A stretch of DNA of 63,674 nucleotides, counting the filler, from Choristocarpus tenellus KU-1152 (taxonomy: Eukaryota; Protista; Phaeophyceae): assembly GCA_964200185.2 (NCBI GenBank). It is 15 parts of 15 records of this genome, joined end to end, with 100 filler letters (N's around TTAATTAATTAA, not from the genome) between each part and the next. Parts side by side here need not be neighbours in the genome. Positions count along the whole stretch, not along the records: positions 37,334 to 40,143 come from CAXNAD020024556.1; positions 40,244 to 43,723 come from CAXNAD020019745.1; positions 43,824 to 46,431 come from CAXNAD020026323.1; positions 46,532 to 49,458 come from CAXNAD020023601.1; positions 49,559 to 52,156 come from CAXNAD020026407.1; 10 more parts are not named here. One strand, given 5' to 3'. The position numbers and the translations under genes were made by a program. The notes below the pieces were generated by a model, which was not told the origin of the DNA, made no database searches, and saw only the letters and a list, made by a program, of their open reading frames with translations. Below are positions 39,061 to 49,985 of this stretch, piece after piece. The stretch's first letter is position 1. Each line of letters opens with the position of its first letter.

Positions 39061-40348
39061 GTGAGGAGAGAGAGAGAGAGAGAGAGAGAGAAAAAAAAAA
39101 AAAGTGTGGATTCTGAAGGAGGAAGGGAGGAAGAGTTGTGCGCTGCGTTGAAGCGTGTGTATCGGAGTACATGACAAAAAATAAAACAAAAAAACCTGTT
39201 GATGCTTTTAACCCTAAACCTTAAAGTAAAAAAAAAATGCAGGGGAGTCCTTTTTTTGTTTTATTCTGTTTCAAAGGGGTCTCTTTTTTTTTTTAACGGA
39301 GATCAATTGTCTATGCCTGTTGTAAGTCTGGCGACACTGAAGAGAGAGAGAGAGAGAGAGACCCTCTGAATGTGACTCAGGTGTATACAGCGAAGCGTGG
39401 GTAGTGACTTTTATTTTTTTAAGATTTTTTTTTATTTATTTTTATGGAACTTTGTTCGGGTGATGCTCTGGGGGGGTTTGAGGCGGTAGATAATGATTGC
39501 AAAGCGGTTGGTTCCATCCTCCTTACCGGTTCAGTACAACATTTTTGTAGTAATAATAATAATAATAATAGTTCGGGCCGTTCTATCAGGTGGAAATATT
39601 TTTCGTAACACGCACATGCACCCCCCCCAAAAAAAAAAATATTGTGTTTTTCATGTTCACCGTATTTTTTTTATTGAGCGCCATCGTTGTTTTTTTTATC
39701 TTTTTCAGTGGACCGAATATGATGTCGATGGTACCGTACCGTATCGGTACCGTGTTGTGTCGAATCCTTTTTTGCTATCGATGTTCTGTTTGAAGCACGC
39801 TTGGCGGAGGGAGGCCCTTAGGGTTAGGGTGTAGTATGATAATGAGTACATACTCGAGTGTGTAAATTACTTTGAGGTGATCGGCCCTTTTAAAAAATAA
39901 AAAAAATAAAAATAAAAAAAGAGAGAGAGAGAGAGAGACAGAAAATTGTGTACACGTTTAACGCCCTCCGTTAAGTACCGCTTTCCACCGGTGTTTGTGT
40001 GTTGGTTTGCTTCTGTATTTTGAAGCCGTTGCATATTTTAGGCGTAAAAATATTTTTGAAGAGACTTCGCACGGGGATGAGGTCTTTGTAGTGATAAGGA
40101 GGCCTACTGAGATTTTTTTTTTTTTGTGGGGGGGTTGGGGGGGNNNNNNNNNNNNNNNNNNNNNNNNNNNNNNNNNNNNNNNNNNNNTTAATTAATTAAN
40201 NNNNNNNNNNNNNNNNNNNNNNNNNNNNNNNNNNNNNNNNNNNGTGGAGTAAGGAAAGGACGTTCAGGGACTCATGTGCCTCGCCTCAGCATCCCAGTCC
40301 AAACAACATTCTGTAACACCAGTCCACCCATTTGCCGATACCACTCAC

Positions 40349-42246
40349 CTGCACAGGATGATACTCGGCTGGTACTAGCCGCAGCCGAGTGTACCCTACC
40401 TCCTGCTCATCAGTCTCGTTCCACCCCTCAACATCCCCTTGAGTCCTCCTAATAACCCCTCCTCCAACTCCACTGTTAATGCTCTCACTACGTTTGCAGT
40501 TGCGCAGCACAGCCCTGTTGTCCTTCTCTCGGAGGACACACTGCCCTTCACCTGATTGCCCCAACTCTCCAGCAGAGTGAAAGTATCTTAGAGGGTATGA
40601 GGTTTGTCCTGTTGGTCCATTTGCGGCTTGGCTTCCCTCGGGGTTTTTTTATGACATTTTCCTACCAAAATATTTCGGAGTAGGTAAAATGTATATGTTA
40701 TGAAAAGGTGTGTCCGCAACAAGGATAATGACACTTCCTAACAAACACGATAGTCAAAATTACATCAAAGTCGCAACATTGGAGTTTGGGCCCCAAATAG
40801 GCGCGACCCCACTCTCTAAGATACTTTGGCTCAGCAACTAGAGCGCCTTGTCTCTCTTTGAAGGTGCACTCCACTGAACCCTTTCCCAAGAGACGTGGGG
40901 GTCTCTTTGAGGACTCCACCGTTGGGTACCTCCCTCTCTTCCAGAAGGGTTTCTTCACTGCCCTAAGAAGGCTATCCTCTGGGGCATGCTGCTCCCACCA
41001 CCCCTCCTCAACGCCTTTCCCCAGTGACCTGAGAACAGCCTTGTTACCAGCAACGCCCTCCATCCCTGCACCACTAAAGTGTCTCACACCGAAGAGTGGC
41101 GGGGCCTTGAACCCTGGAGCTGAGTGCCTATGGCACGACTCAAAGTACTCACCTGATGGGAAAAAATAGATATTTGGTGGGGACAACACAACAGAGAGGT
41201 GAGGTGTGTTGGGAGGCAAATTGCATTGAAAAGCAGAGTACATGAAAGATTATAAGAAGTGAAGGCACAAACGCTATCATCAGGAGGATGCATAGGACTG
41301 TTGGGGGAGAGAGGAGGGTAGTGCGGAGCTGCTCCATTGATATGACGAGTTGGAGCCCTCCCCTCTATATTACACTCATTTACAGTGAAATTTTGTTTCG
41401 ATTACTCAACGTCTGTATGGCAAGCACTGTGGATTATACACCTCTACTATCCTATTTGCTGATAAATCACAAAAATGCGGATAACTTTGAGGAGGGCCCA
41501 AAGCATTTAATTGGGTAGAGTTGTTGAAACCTTAATCGATTGGATCGTACATGTAAGCAAAATCGTAGACTACGAGCGATGAGGAATCATGGTGTCGCAA
41601 GCACCAATGAGTGATATGCGTAGTCAGGGTAGAGCCGTGTCCAATCAGGATCATGAATCCAATGTTGTCATTTTGATGAATTTTGGCCATCGTGTTTGTT
41701 AGCAAGTGTCAATATTCTTGCTCTGGACACGACTTTCATAGTATTTTATATACTCTCAAATCCGAAATATTCACACAGAAAACCGAAAAAGGTCAGATAA
41801 AAATTGTGGGAAGCCAAGCCCTGAACGGACAACCAGGGCAAATCCCCTGCCCTCGTAAATGTTTTGACTCACCTGGTCCAAGGACTATCCCAGGTTCACC
41901 CACGACCTCCATCCAAACAGCCTGGCCATGGTAAGTGTCCTTAAAGTCGGCGGTGTACATTATCGCTGAAGAGCCAAAGTATCTTAGAGAGTAGAGCCGC
42001 GTCCATTTGGGGGTCAAAATCCAATGTTGCGATTTTGATGTAATTTTGGCCATTGTGTTTGATAGGAAGTATCAATATCCTCTAGACACACCCTTTCATA
42101 GCATATACATTTTACCTGATCTTAAATATTTTGGAGTAGGAAAATATCATTAGAAAAAGTTTGGGAAGCCAAGTCCCAAATGAACAAACAGGGCAAAACT
42201 CGTACCCTCTAAGATACTTTAATTTTGAAGCACGATTGAGTACCAG
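40349..42246 (-). CDS. Unknown gene fragment with weak ApaG-like motif (VVGEPGIVLGPGEYFES); proposed exons 42246-42218, 41982-41873, 41152-40825, 40586-40349
   Basis: ccag| acceptor at 42247; CCAG|GTGAGT donor at 41872; tttttcccatcag| acceptor at 41153; CAG|GTGAGT donor at 40348. The frame is continuous and stop-free once the two MITE bodies are removed. Confidence 0.65.
40575..40832. mobile_element. MITE family A, 4-bp TSD (agca), exonic; candidate intron 40824-40587 (-)
   Basis: agca|GAGTGAAAGTATCTTAGAGGG...CTCTAAGATACTTTGGCTC|agca. Confidence 0.93.
41609..41870. mobile_element. Old degenerate MITE family A at the 5' end of an intron
   Basis: Family A body recognisable; TIRs eroded. Confidence 0.75.
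41971..42225. mobile_element. MITE family A, 4-bp TSD (tgaa), exonic; candidate intron 42217-41983 (-)
   Basis: tgaa|GAGCCAAAGTATCTTAGAG...CTCTAAGATACTTTAATTT|tgaa; orientation opposite to the 40575 copy. Confidence 0.93.
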
Positions 42247-44518
42247 CTGGTAGGCGAATGGGGAAATGGTGAGTAGAATCATGTAGATCCAACCCCTCAT
42301 CTTGGCTGATATGGCAGAGCCTGAGCCTCGCAAACAAGGGTGGTCCGCCATTCATTGTTGTGTTGTGGGTCATTGGTGGAAGGAAAGGTTGAGGGTAAGA
42401 GATATCATGCGAGGCCTTTGGGCTGTGGGTGGAGCAAGGAACGCCTGAGGGCATTCCTTCTCACTGGTACCCAGGTACATCTCGATTTTCATACGCCCAC
42501 AAGATCCTACTTGGAAAGTGGTCTACATTGTCGAAGGTATTCGATATTTTGGATGAATGAAAGAGGCGAAATTCCTCCTACCGTTGAGAACCTCTTTCCT
42601 ATCCCATATCCACAGGACCGCTTGGTCTGTGGATTTCTTCGATCAGCGTTCTCCACACATTAAAGATTCAACGGCAACAAAAGCAACGAGACGCTTACAG
42701 TAAGCCAAGTCCCTGTGTGTTGAAGTTTTCCTTACGTCACTGCTGACATGCCTAGAGTGGTCGTCGTCCAAAGGTCAACCCAGACCGGATTGCATTTGCA
42801 ACCAATGAAGATCGTACACAAGCAAAAGTTTGGACGATGAAGGTTAAGTCTGGATGCCTGTCACGCTTGTGGCTCCAAAAACGTTACACTCGGAGGCAAG
42901 AAGCCCACATACGATCTCCGCCCCTACCCTACGAACACAAAGGTCCAATCGATTGCCCATATAGGGTAGGGCCTAGACGTGTTCCTGCTTCTAACGCAAT
43001 ACGATTCACCTTCTATCTTGTGCTGATAGAGACTCCAAACGGACGATCAACCAGCTTTGAGAAGAGATCTGTCCTTCCGATGCTCTGCCCCTCCAGGTTC
43101 CAAGCTCCGCTGAACCAACACTCTATATAATAGTGGCGATATAGTATGTGTCTCGATTCATGGTAAATGTTGTACGTACTTGCCACTACCTCTATTCCTA
43201 CTTAATATTGAACTATTGTAGTGTGTTTTATCATTCGAACAATCTGGTGGGGGTTGTTGGTCGTTGGTTGTTGGTCATACCTGGTCATGCTTTGTCAACA
43301 ATATCACTACTAAGTTCTACAATAGCAGTAGCAATAGTGGTACAAAATGGAATTGATGTTTTGCACCATCTCTGATCAAGTTGTGGATGGCGTAGTATCC
43401 AACAATCTACGGTGCACTCCAAACTGTTAGCTTCTCCTCTGCTATTTGTTGGTAGGTGGCGTTATCAGTGCCTAATACTTCGTCCTATCATCCCCCTGTC
43501 TCTCGCTCTCGCCCAACATCGTCACGCTGTTTCTCAGAGCATGAGGATATTCCGGCAACAGGCGATGAAGGGGATGGAAGTCTACAACCGCGAAGAAGCT
43601 TTCAGCACAAAAAAGCTTGAAAGAGCTGATGTCCGAGCCTTGAGAGGGACAGCTTTATAACATAGGCTACTCATCTGTGTGTTCCTTGATACGATACAGT
43701 TCCACCAGTCAACACTGACTGTTNNNNNNNNNNNNNNNNNNNNNNNNNNNNNNNNNNNNNNNNNNNNTTAATTAATTAANNNNNNNNNNNNNNNNNNNNN
43801 NNNNNNNNNNNNNNNNNNNNNNNCTGCCACCCCCCCCAGATACTTTGAGTCGTCAACCTCCACCAGGTTCACAGCGGGCGGGGCTGTGATGGCGGCGGCG
43901 CAGAAGTTGAGAGCAAGAACGGATCGGCATCAGATGACCGTGAGAAAGAAGACGAGGGAGGGGATGAAGACGAGGGAGGGAACGGACTGCCAGACAGGGA
44001 GGATATGGGCGAAGGGGGGTCTGTCGGCAGTGTTCCTGGTGCGGAAGAAGAACAAAACGAAGAGGGAGGGTGGAACGCGGGCGTTTGCTGTACTGAATGC
44101 AATGCTCCACCTACGTCTCCGTGAGTAATGTAGTTGTAACGGTACACATGTAGGGCGGAGTGTAATTAATAACGTAAGAATGGTTTCCATCCAATCCCCA
44201 GAACAGATAGATACGTTGTATCTTTTCAGCGGCGCACGCCATTGAACCGGTGGAATGTTGCGGGGTCCCTCTGTGTGCAGTGCTGCGGTCGCTACCCCCA
44301 CGTCTCTTTATTTGCCACTGTCCGATTGTGTGTTAATGCACGTACATCACCGACTGTTGTATCTCACCTGTACTACTTCGTGCTGTTTTGCGCCGCCAAT
44401 TTCGTGGTTCTTCATAACCGTGGATCCCTGCGTTGCGTTGTTGCGCCCAATTAATGATTTCGAAAAATACTATCCTGTCTGTTTAACACTCTCGTTCGAT
44501 GACACGCGTGACAGGTAT

Positions 44519-44777
44519 GAGTTAACGTATCTTAAAGGGTACGAATTTTCCCCTGTTTGTCCATTTGGGACTTGGTTTCCCACGGGTTCTTGACGACATT
44601 TTACCTGCTCCAAAATGTTTCGGAGTAGGTAAAATGTATATGTTATGAAAAGAAGTGTCCAGAACAAGGATATTGACATCTCCTAACGAAGATGATAGTC
44701 AAAATTACATCAAAATTGTAACATTGGGTTTTGACTCCCAAATGGACGCAGCTCTACCCTCTAAGATACTTTGACTC
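44519..44777. mobile_element. MITE family A, 3-bp TSD (tat)
   Basis: tat|GAGTTAACGTATCTT...AAGATACTTTGACTC|tat. Confidence 0.92.
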
Positions 44778-46604
44778 TATACATGTCCGCAGTGCTCTAT
44801 CACGCATATGGGCGAATATACCTACGTGGATATTGTAGGCGACGAGAGGCACAAGGATCGATTATGTATCAATTGCCCCATGGCACAGGAGGGCCGTGAA
44901 GGGTCTGGATCGGTAGGGAACGAAGCGGTGGGTCGGGGCAGGGGCAAGGGCAAGGGTAAGGCTCGCGCAAGGAGCGCGGGCTGGTCACCCACGATGCAAA
45001 GCCTTTTACGTCCCCCCTCACGCAGCGAAACGGCCGACATGGAGAAGTGCATGTGGGTCTCGGCGTGGTTGCACATTATACGGACATACAAGTCGTCTCT
45101 GCGTGTTTGTTTTAGCGTTGGTTTGCACATAGGTCTTTGCTGCTTGTATATCATGTGGATTGCTCGTCCTTTGTATCTTGGATGTGTCGCTTTTTTGGAG
45201 GGTTCCATGGGCCATGAAACTTAGAGTTTTAACGTCTACCCTCCTTCCACGAGATGTATCTGATGAGTCTGACGTTGTGGAGGGTACGGCCTGACATTTT
45301 GGAGATGCCGTGGAAATATTGTCAGGAACTCACTTAATGAAAAGATTGCCTGCACCGTCGCTTGCTATGTCATCCTTCTTGTCGTGCTGTCTGTCTACTG
45401 TGTCGTGTGTCATGATGTCCAAGACGGAGTGAGAACACTGCAATACACGACCTTCGCCCTCTCGACCCCACGGTATCCTTAGACAAACTTGGTGATTTCG
45501 CCTTCTGCAACGCGCCAAAGCTCGCCATAGTGTCCATTGCCGCCGAGCCAAGACTCCTCATCGACGAAGAGGCGACGAACACACACCTGCACGAGATGCT
45601 TCAGTGCTTGCGGCCTAAGATGCATCCTCAGGGCACCATCGCGCTATTTTTGTCCCACCCGTGGGCCGCGCAAGCACACCGCCTACACGGTGAGTTGCAT
45701 TGTTCGCCAGCGCTGAAATACGGGGTGTATTGCGGGAGACTATTGCAATTCACAATGGCCGTTATCATTCCGTCCGTGTGCTGATCGAATATTGTGCGAC
45801 CATTCAGGAGATACGGATTAGGTCGTGTGTATTCCTATATTTTTCACTTTCCCCATGTTGTTTCATGTCCTTTGTACCTTCTACTTCCTTTTGTGTCGCT
45901 TGCTCTTTCCCCCCGGCAACTACGTACTTCTTTGTTTCATTGTCCGCGAATCGCATGCTGGCGTTACTCATCTTCACTACATTTTTCTGCCATATTTAGT
46001 TCTATTATTACTTAATCTCCTATTGTTTGCAATTTACGCATTGGTTATTTGCCTTTCGTTCCACACTCATTGTACTATTATAATGTTAGTGGTATGAGAT
46101 TTCATGAATCCCTACGATAACTACACTTGTGTGATGTCACTGTCAAGTTTGACGCATGCCGGACCCACGCGCTCGCTCCCGCCTTCTGTTCATTCAGAGG
46201 CTCTTACTGTGTCGAAGGTGGGCTTGATTGTGGAGGATCATCCCCTAACCCTAATATACAAGACGAGAAGGGGGGGGCGCCCTCAATTAGGCACAGATAA
46301 CCATCTCAGATGTTGTCAGGACATGATTCTTCTCGCACACAACGATGGGGCAATGTTCACATGCAATAAGCGAGTCACCGTCAACGACATCTTGGCCACG
46401 GGCGTGATGCATCTCCTCCGGTACTCCAAACNNNNNNNNNNNNNNNNNNNNNNNNNNNNNNNNNNNNNNNNNNNNTTAATTAATTAANNNNNNNNNNNNN
46501 NNNNNNNNNNNNNNNNNNNNNNNNNNNNNNNGTCTTGGGTAGTGAGAAGGTGTAGGAGTTATTAGATTTGAAGACGAGCGTATGAACTTTGTTTTATCCT
46601 TTTC

Positions 46605-47215
46605 AGGATCGGTGTGACCACCCTTCTTTCGATCCCACCGATCCTGAAAATCCGTGCGTTACATTTTTCAGAAGATGTAAATCAGATTATATCCGTGATT
46701 TCTATTCTTAGAAATTCCAATTATATCAGTGTTTATATTTTTTAAGATACCAAACACATACTTAATTGTTATTGTACATTTCCAATGTTCCGAAGTCAAC
46801 TTTGTTTCATCCTCGGGCGATCAGTGGTACCACCCTTTCGATCCCACCGATCCTGAAAATCCGTGCATCACATTTTTTAGAAGTTGTAAATCAGATTATT
46901 TCCGTGATTTCTATTCTTAAAAAATCCAATTATATCAGGAGTGATTTGTATTTTTTAAGATACCAATCACATAATTAATTGTTATTGTACATTTCCAATG
47001 TTCCTAAATCAACTTTGTTTCATCCTCGGGCGATCAGTGGGACCACCCTTTCAATCCCACCAATCCTGAAAATCCGTGCGTTACATCTTTCATAAATTGC
47101 AAATCAGATTATATCTGTGATTTATATTTCTACGAAATATAATTATAGCAGTAGTGATTTGTATTTTTCAAGATATCAATCACATACTTAATTTATATTG
47201 TATATTTCCAATTTA
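46605..47215. repeat. Tandem repeat, about 213 bp x3
   Basis: gatcagtgg...cccacc(g/a)atcctgaaaatccgtgc...aaatcagattat recurs at about 46606, 46818 and 47031. Confidence 0.92.
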
Positions 47216-47294
47216 CAGTAACCAGGGTTAGACAAAAAACAACCCCAACCCTCTATGTATTTGAAGTACAAAAACTTACCGAATCGGACATGAT

Positions 47295-48069
47295 GAGTGA
47301 AAGTATCTTAGAGGGTACGTTTTTAGCCCTGTTTGTCCGTTTGGGGCTTGGCCTCACACGTTTTTTTAAAATACATTTTCTTACTCCGAAATATTTTAGA
47401 GTAGGTGAAATATTTATGTTATGAAAAGGTGTGTATGGAAAAAGGATATTGACACTCCCTAACATACACAACAGCCAAAAATTAATCAAAATCGCAACAT
47501 TGGAATCTGCCCCAAACAGACAACAAACAACAGAGAGTCAAAGTATCTTAGAGGGTACGTTTTTAGCCCTGTTTGTCCGTTTGGGGCTTGGCCTCACACG
47601 TTTTTTTAAAAGACATTTTCCTACTACTCCGAAATATTTCAGAGTAGGTGAAATATTTATGTTATGAAAAGGTGTATATGGAACAAGGATAGTGACACTC
47701 CCTAACATACACAACAGCCAAAATTTAATCAAAATCGCAACATTGGATTTTCCCCAAACAGACAACAAACAGAGAGCCAAAGTATCTTAGAGGTTAGAGT
47801 CACGTCCGTTTGGGGGCCAAAATCCAACATTGTGTTTTGGACATAATTTTGGTCATCTTGTTTGTTAGGAAGTATCAATGTCCATGTTCTGGACACAGAT
47901 TTTCATAACATTTACATTTTACCTACTACTCCAAAACATTTTGGAGTAGGAAAGCGTCACAAAAAACCCCACGGGAAGCCAAGCCTCAAATGGAGAAACA
48001 GGGCAAAACGCGTACCCTCTAAGATACTTTCACTCAGACTCGACCCTAACCTCTAAAATACTTTGAATC
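47295..48069. mobile_element. Cluster of three MITE-A copies (47295, 47535, inverted 47774-48035 with TSD aga) plus a residual right TIR
   Basis: Two near-identical 240-bp tandem copies; the third is nested in the right end of the second. Confidence 0.9.
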
Positions 48070-48817
48070 ACATAGCGATTGTCATAAACGTACAAGTCGA
48101 TAATAAGTAACTCTTAGAGAAAAGGTGGTTACCACAAACCACTTTTTTTCTAAGAGTCAAACCACTTTTTTTCTAAGAGTCACTTCACAGGTGCGTTAGG
48201 GTTTTTTTAAATACTAAATCCACTGAAAACCGTGCTTAGGGTTTTTTTTAATACCAAGAATGCACTTTAGGAGTCTCACACGTTTCCAATTTCAGAAAAC
48301 CTAAGAAGTCATTCCAACTGGTATCCACTATTTAAATAAACCTTAAATCCACTTCTTGGCGTCTTTAGGGTTTAAATAAACACTAGATAACATAAAAAAG
48401 CGGATCTATCGTATTCCTGGTTGCTGGTAACCAGGAATACCGTTGAACACTCAGAACCTGTGCGGTAGGGTTTTTCCAAAAGTAGAATGGTATTCTAATC
48501 TTTACACCAACAAATACAGATACAAACCGCATCCTTCATTGGTCTCATACGTTCAAAACGTGATAGGCTGAAAAGGTCACGAAAATACAGACACCCTCTG
48601 TCTCAGTTCAATATGAAATCCTATGCTGTTTGATATTCGTATTTTTGTAACGCAATTCTCATAAAAAATGTGCAATCTGACTTTTGAGGATCGAAAGGTC
48701 AGACGACATAAAACAGCACCTCCCATCCCTCAGTCCTCATTTCAATTCATTCCCTTCCATAGATACCGAGCAGGCCTCTTACTTACCCATCCCCATCACA
48801 CTAACCCAATCTTTGCC

Positions 48818-49256
48818 ATGTCGAACATTTCAGGAACAACAACCCACCCGCCCGTCGATGGGAAAAGTTTGGAATCCAGAACGCAGGACCTACCCCCTAC
48901 TGGCATGTCCCAGCTATTGGATGAATATTATCTGGGGTCATACAAGATGAAACTAGGACACATTACATGCACAGATATGGTGCGTCCCTTAAGCGAGCGT
49001 GGCCTTGCGTGCGTTCATAAGTCTATAAAGGAGAAAGGCTGGCTGGATCAGTTTGCTCCAAGTGTTGTCATCCAGCGAGAAAGTTTAGGTAATATGGATG
49101 AGCTAAACCCCGAAACAGCGCTTGCCATTGAAGGGCTTGTATTGGACGGAAACCATAGAGTAACTGTGCTGAAGAGAGTGTTTGATCCAGAGCACGCTTT
49201 CACCATGCGGATCTACATGGAGTTCGAGCAATCAGAAGAGAGGCTAATTGCCAACG
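48818..49256 (+). CDS. ParB/sulfiredoxin-like N-terminal domain protein, probable first exon
   Basis: VRPLSERGLACVHKSIKEKGW...VVI...LVLDGNHRVTVLK matches the ParB/Srx pattern (R...L..SI...G...DGxHR); gccATG start; AACG|GTGGGT possible donor. Confidence 0.7.
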
Positions 49257-49749
49257 GTGGGTGATGGACTGTTTTCGTTGTTCCATAATCGCCTGACCGT
49301 TCTGATCAACCAAGCACCAAAGTAATGTAGTGTTTTCGTTGTTCCGTGATTGCCTGATGACTATTCTGATATACGAAGTTGTTGTCAAGTTTCCCTTGCT
49401 ATGTTCATTGTCAGTCAGCCCATTGTGGATCTTTTCGTTGCTCATCTTTTTTATCCCTNNNNNNNNNNNNNNNNNNNNNNNNNNNNNNNNNNNNNNNNNN
49501 NNTTAATTAATTAANNNNNNNNNNNNNNNNNNNNNNNNNNNNNNNNNNNNNNNNNNNNTTTACAGTATCCATCTGACGTATCCCACCAAATCACCCAAAA
49601 ATCGCGACCTAACAAAATTGACCCCAAATGGACAGTCACCACCCCCTCCCAGATACTTTGACCCCGATAGCGAAATTTTCATCAAAATCGCAACATTGGA
49701 TTTTGACCCCCAAACGGACGCGCCTCTACCCTCGAAGATACTTTGGCTC

Positions 49750-49985
49750 AATACAGGGCATCGAATCTGAAAATGTTATTATTACCACTGCTGCCAGCTG
49801 GTGTGTACACGGTTGTAAAGGTAATATATACAGGGTATCGAATCTGTAAATGTTGGTATTACTGCTGGTGCCAGCTGGTGTGTACACCGTAATAAAGGTA
49901 ATAAATACAGGGCATCGAATTTGAAAATGTTGGTGTTACCACCATTGGCAGCTGGTGTGTACACGGTTGTAAAGGTAACAAATAG
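49750..49985. repeat. Tandem repeat, about 77 bp x3
   Basis: atacagggcatcgaat...cagctggtgtgtacac...taaaggtaa units. Confidence 0.9.

Noticed and set aside
41070-41152. Myosin-like FGVRHFSG motif
   Set aside because: The following V-x-Y...KNxD is missing and the flanks do not resemble a motor domain.
41136-41152. TACTTTGAGTC at the exon start resembles a MITE right end (possible old scar)
   Set aside because: It encodes the GEYFE of the ApaG-like motif, there is no clear TSD, and an 11-nt match may be chance.
43990-44900. Cys-rich fragments reminiscent of a piggyBac C-terminal domain
   Set aside because: Spread across frames with no DDD core or TTAA ends.
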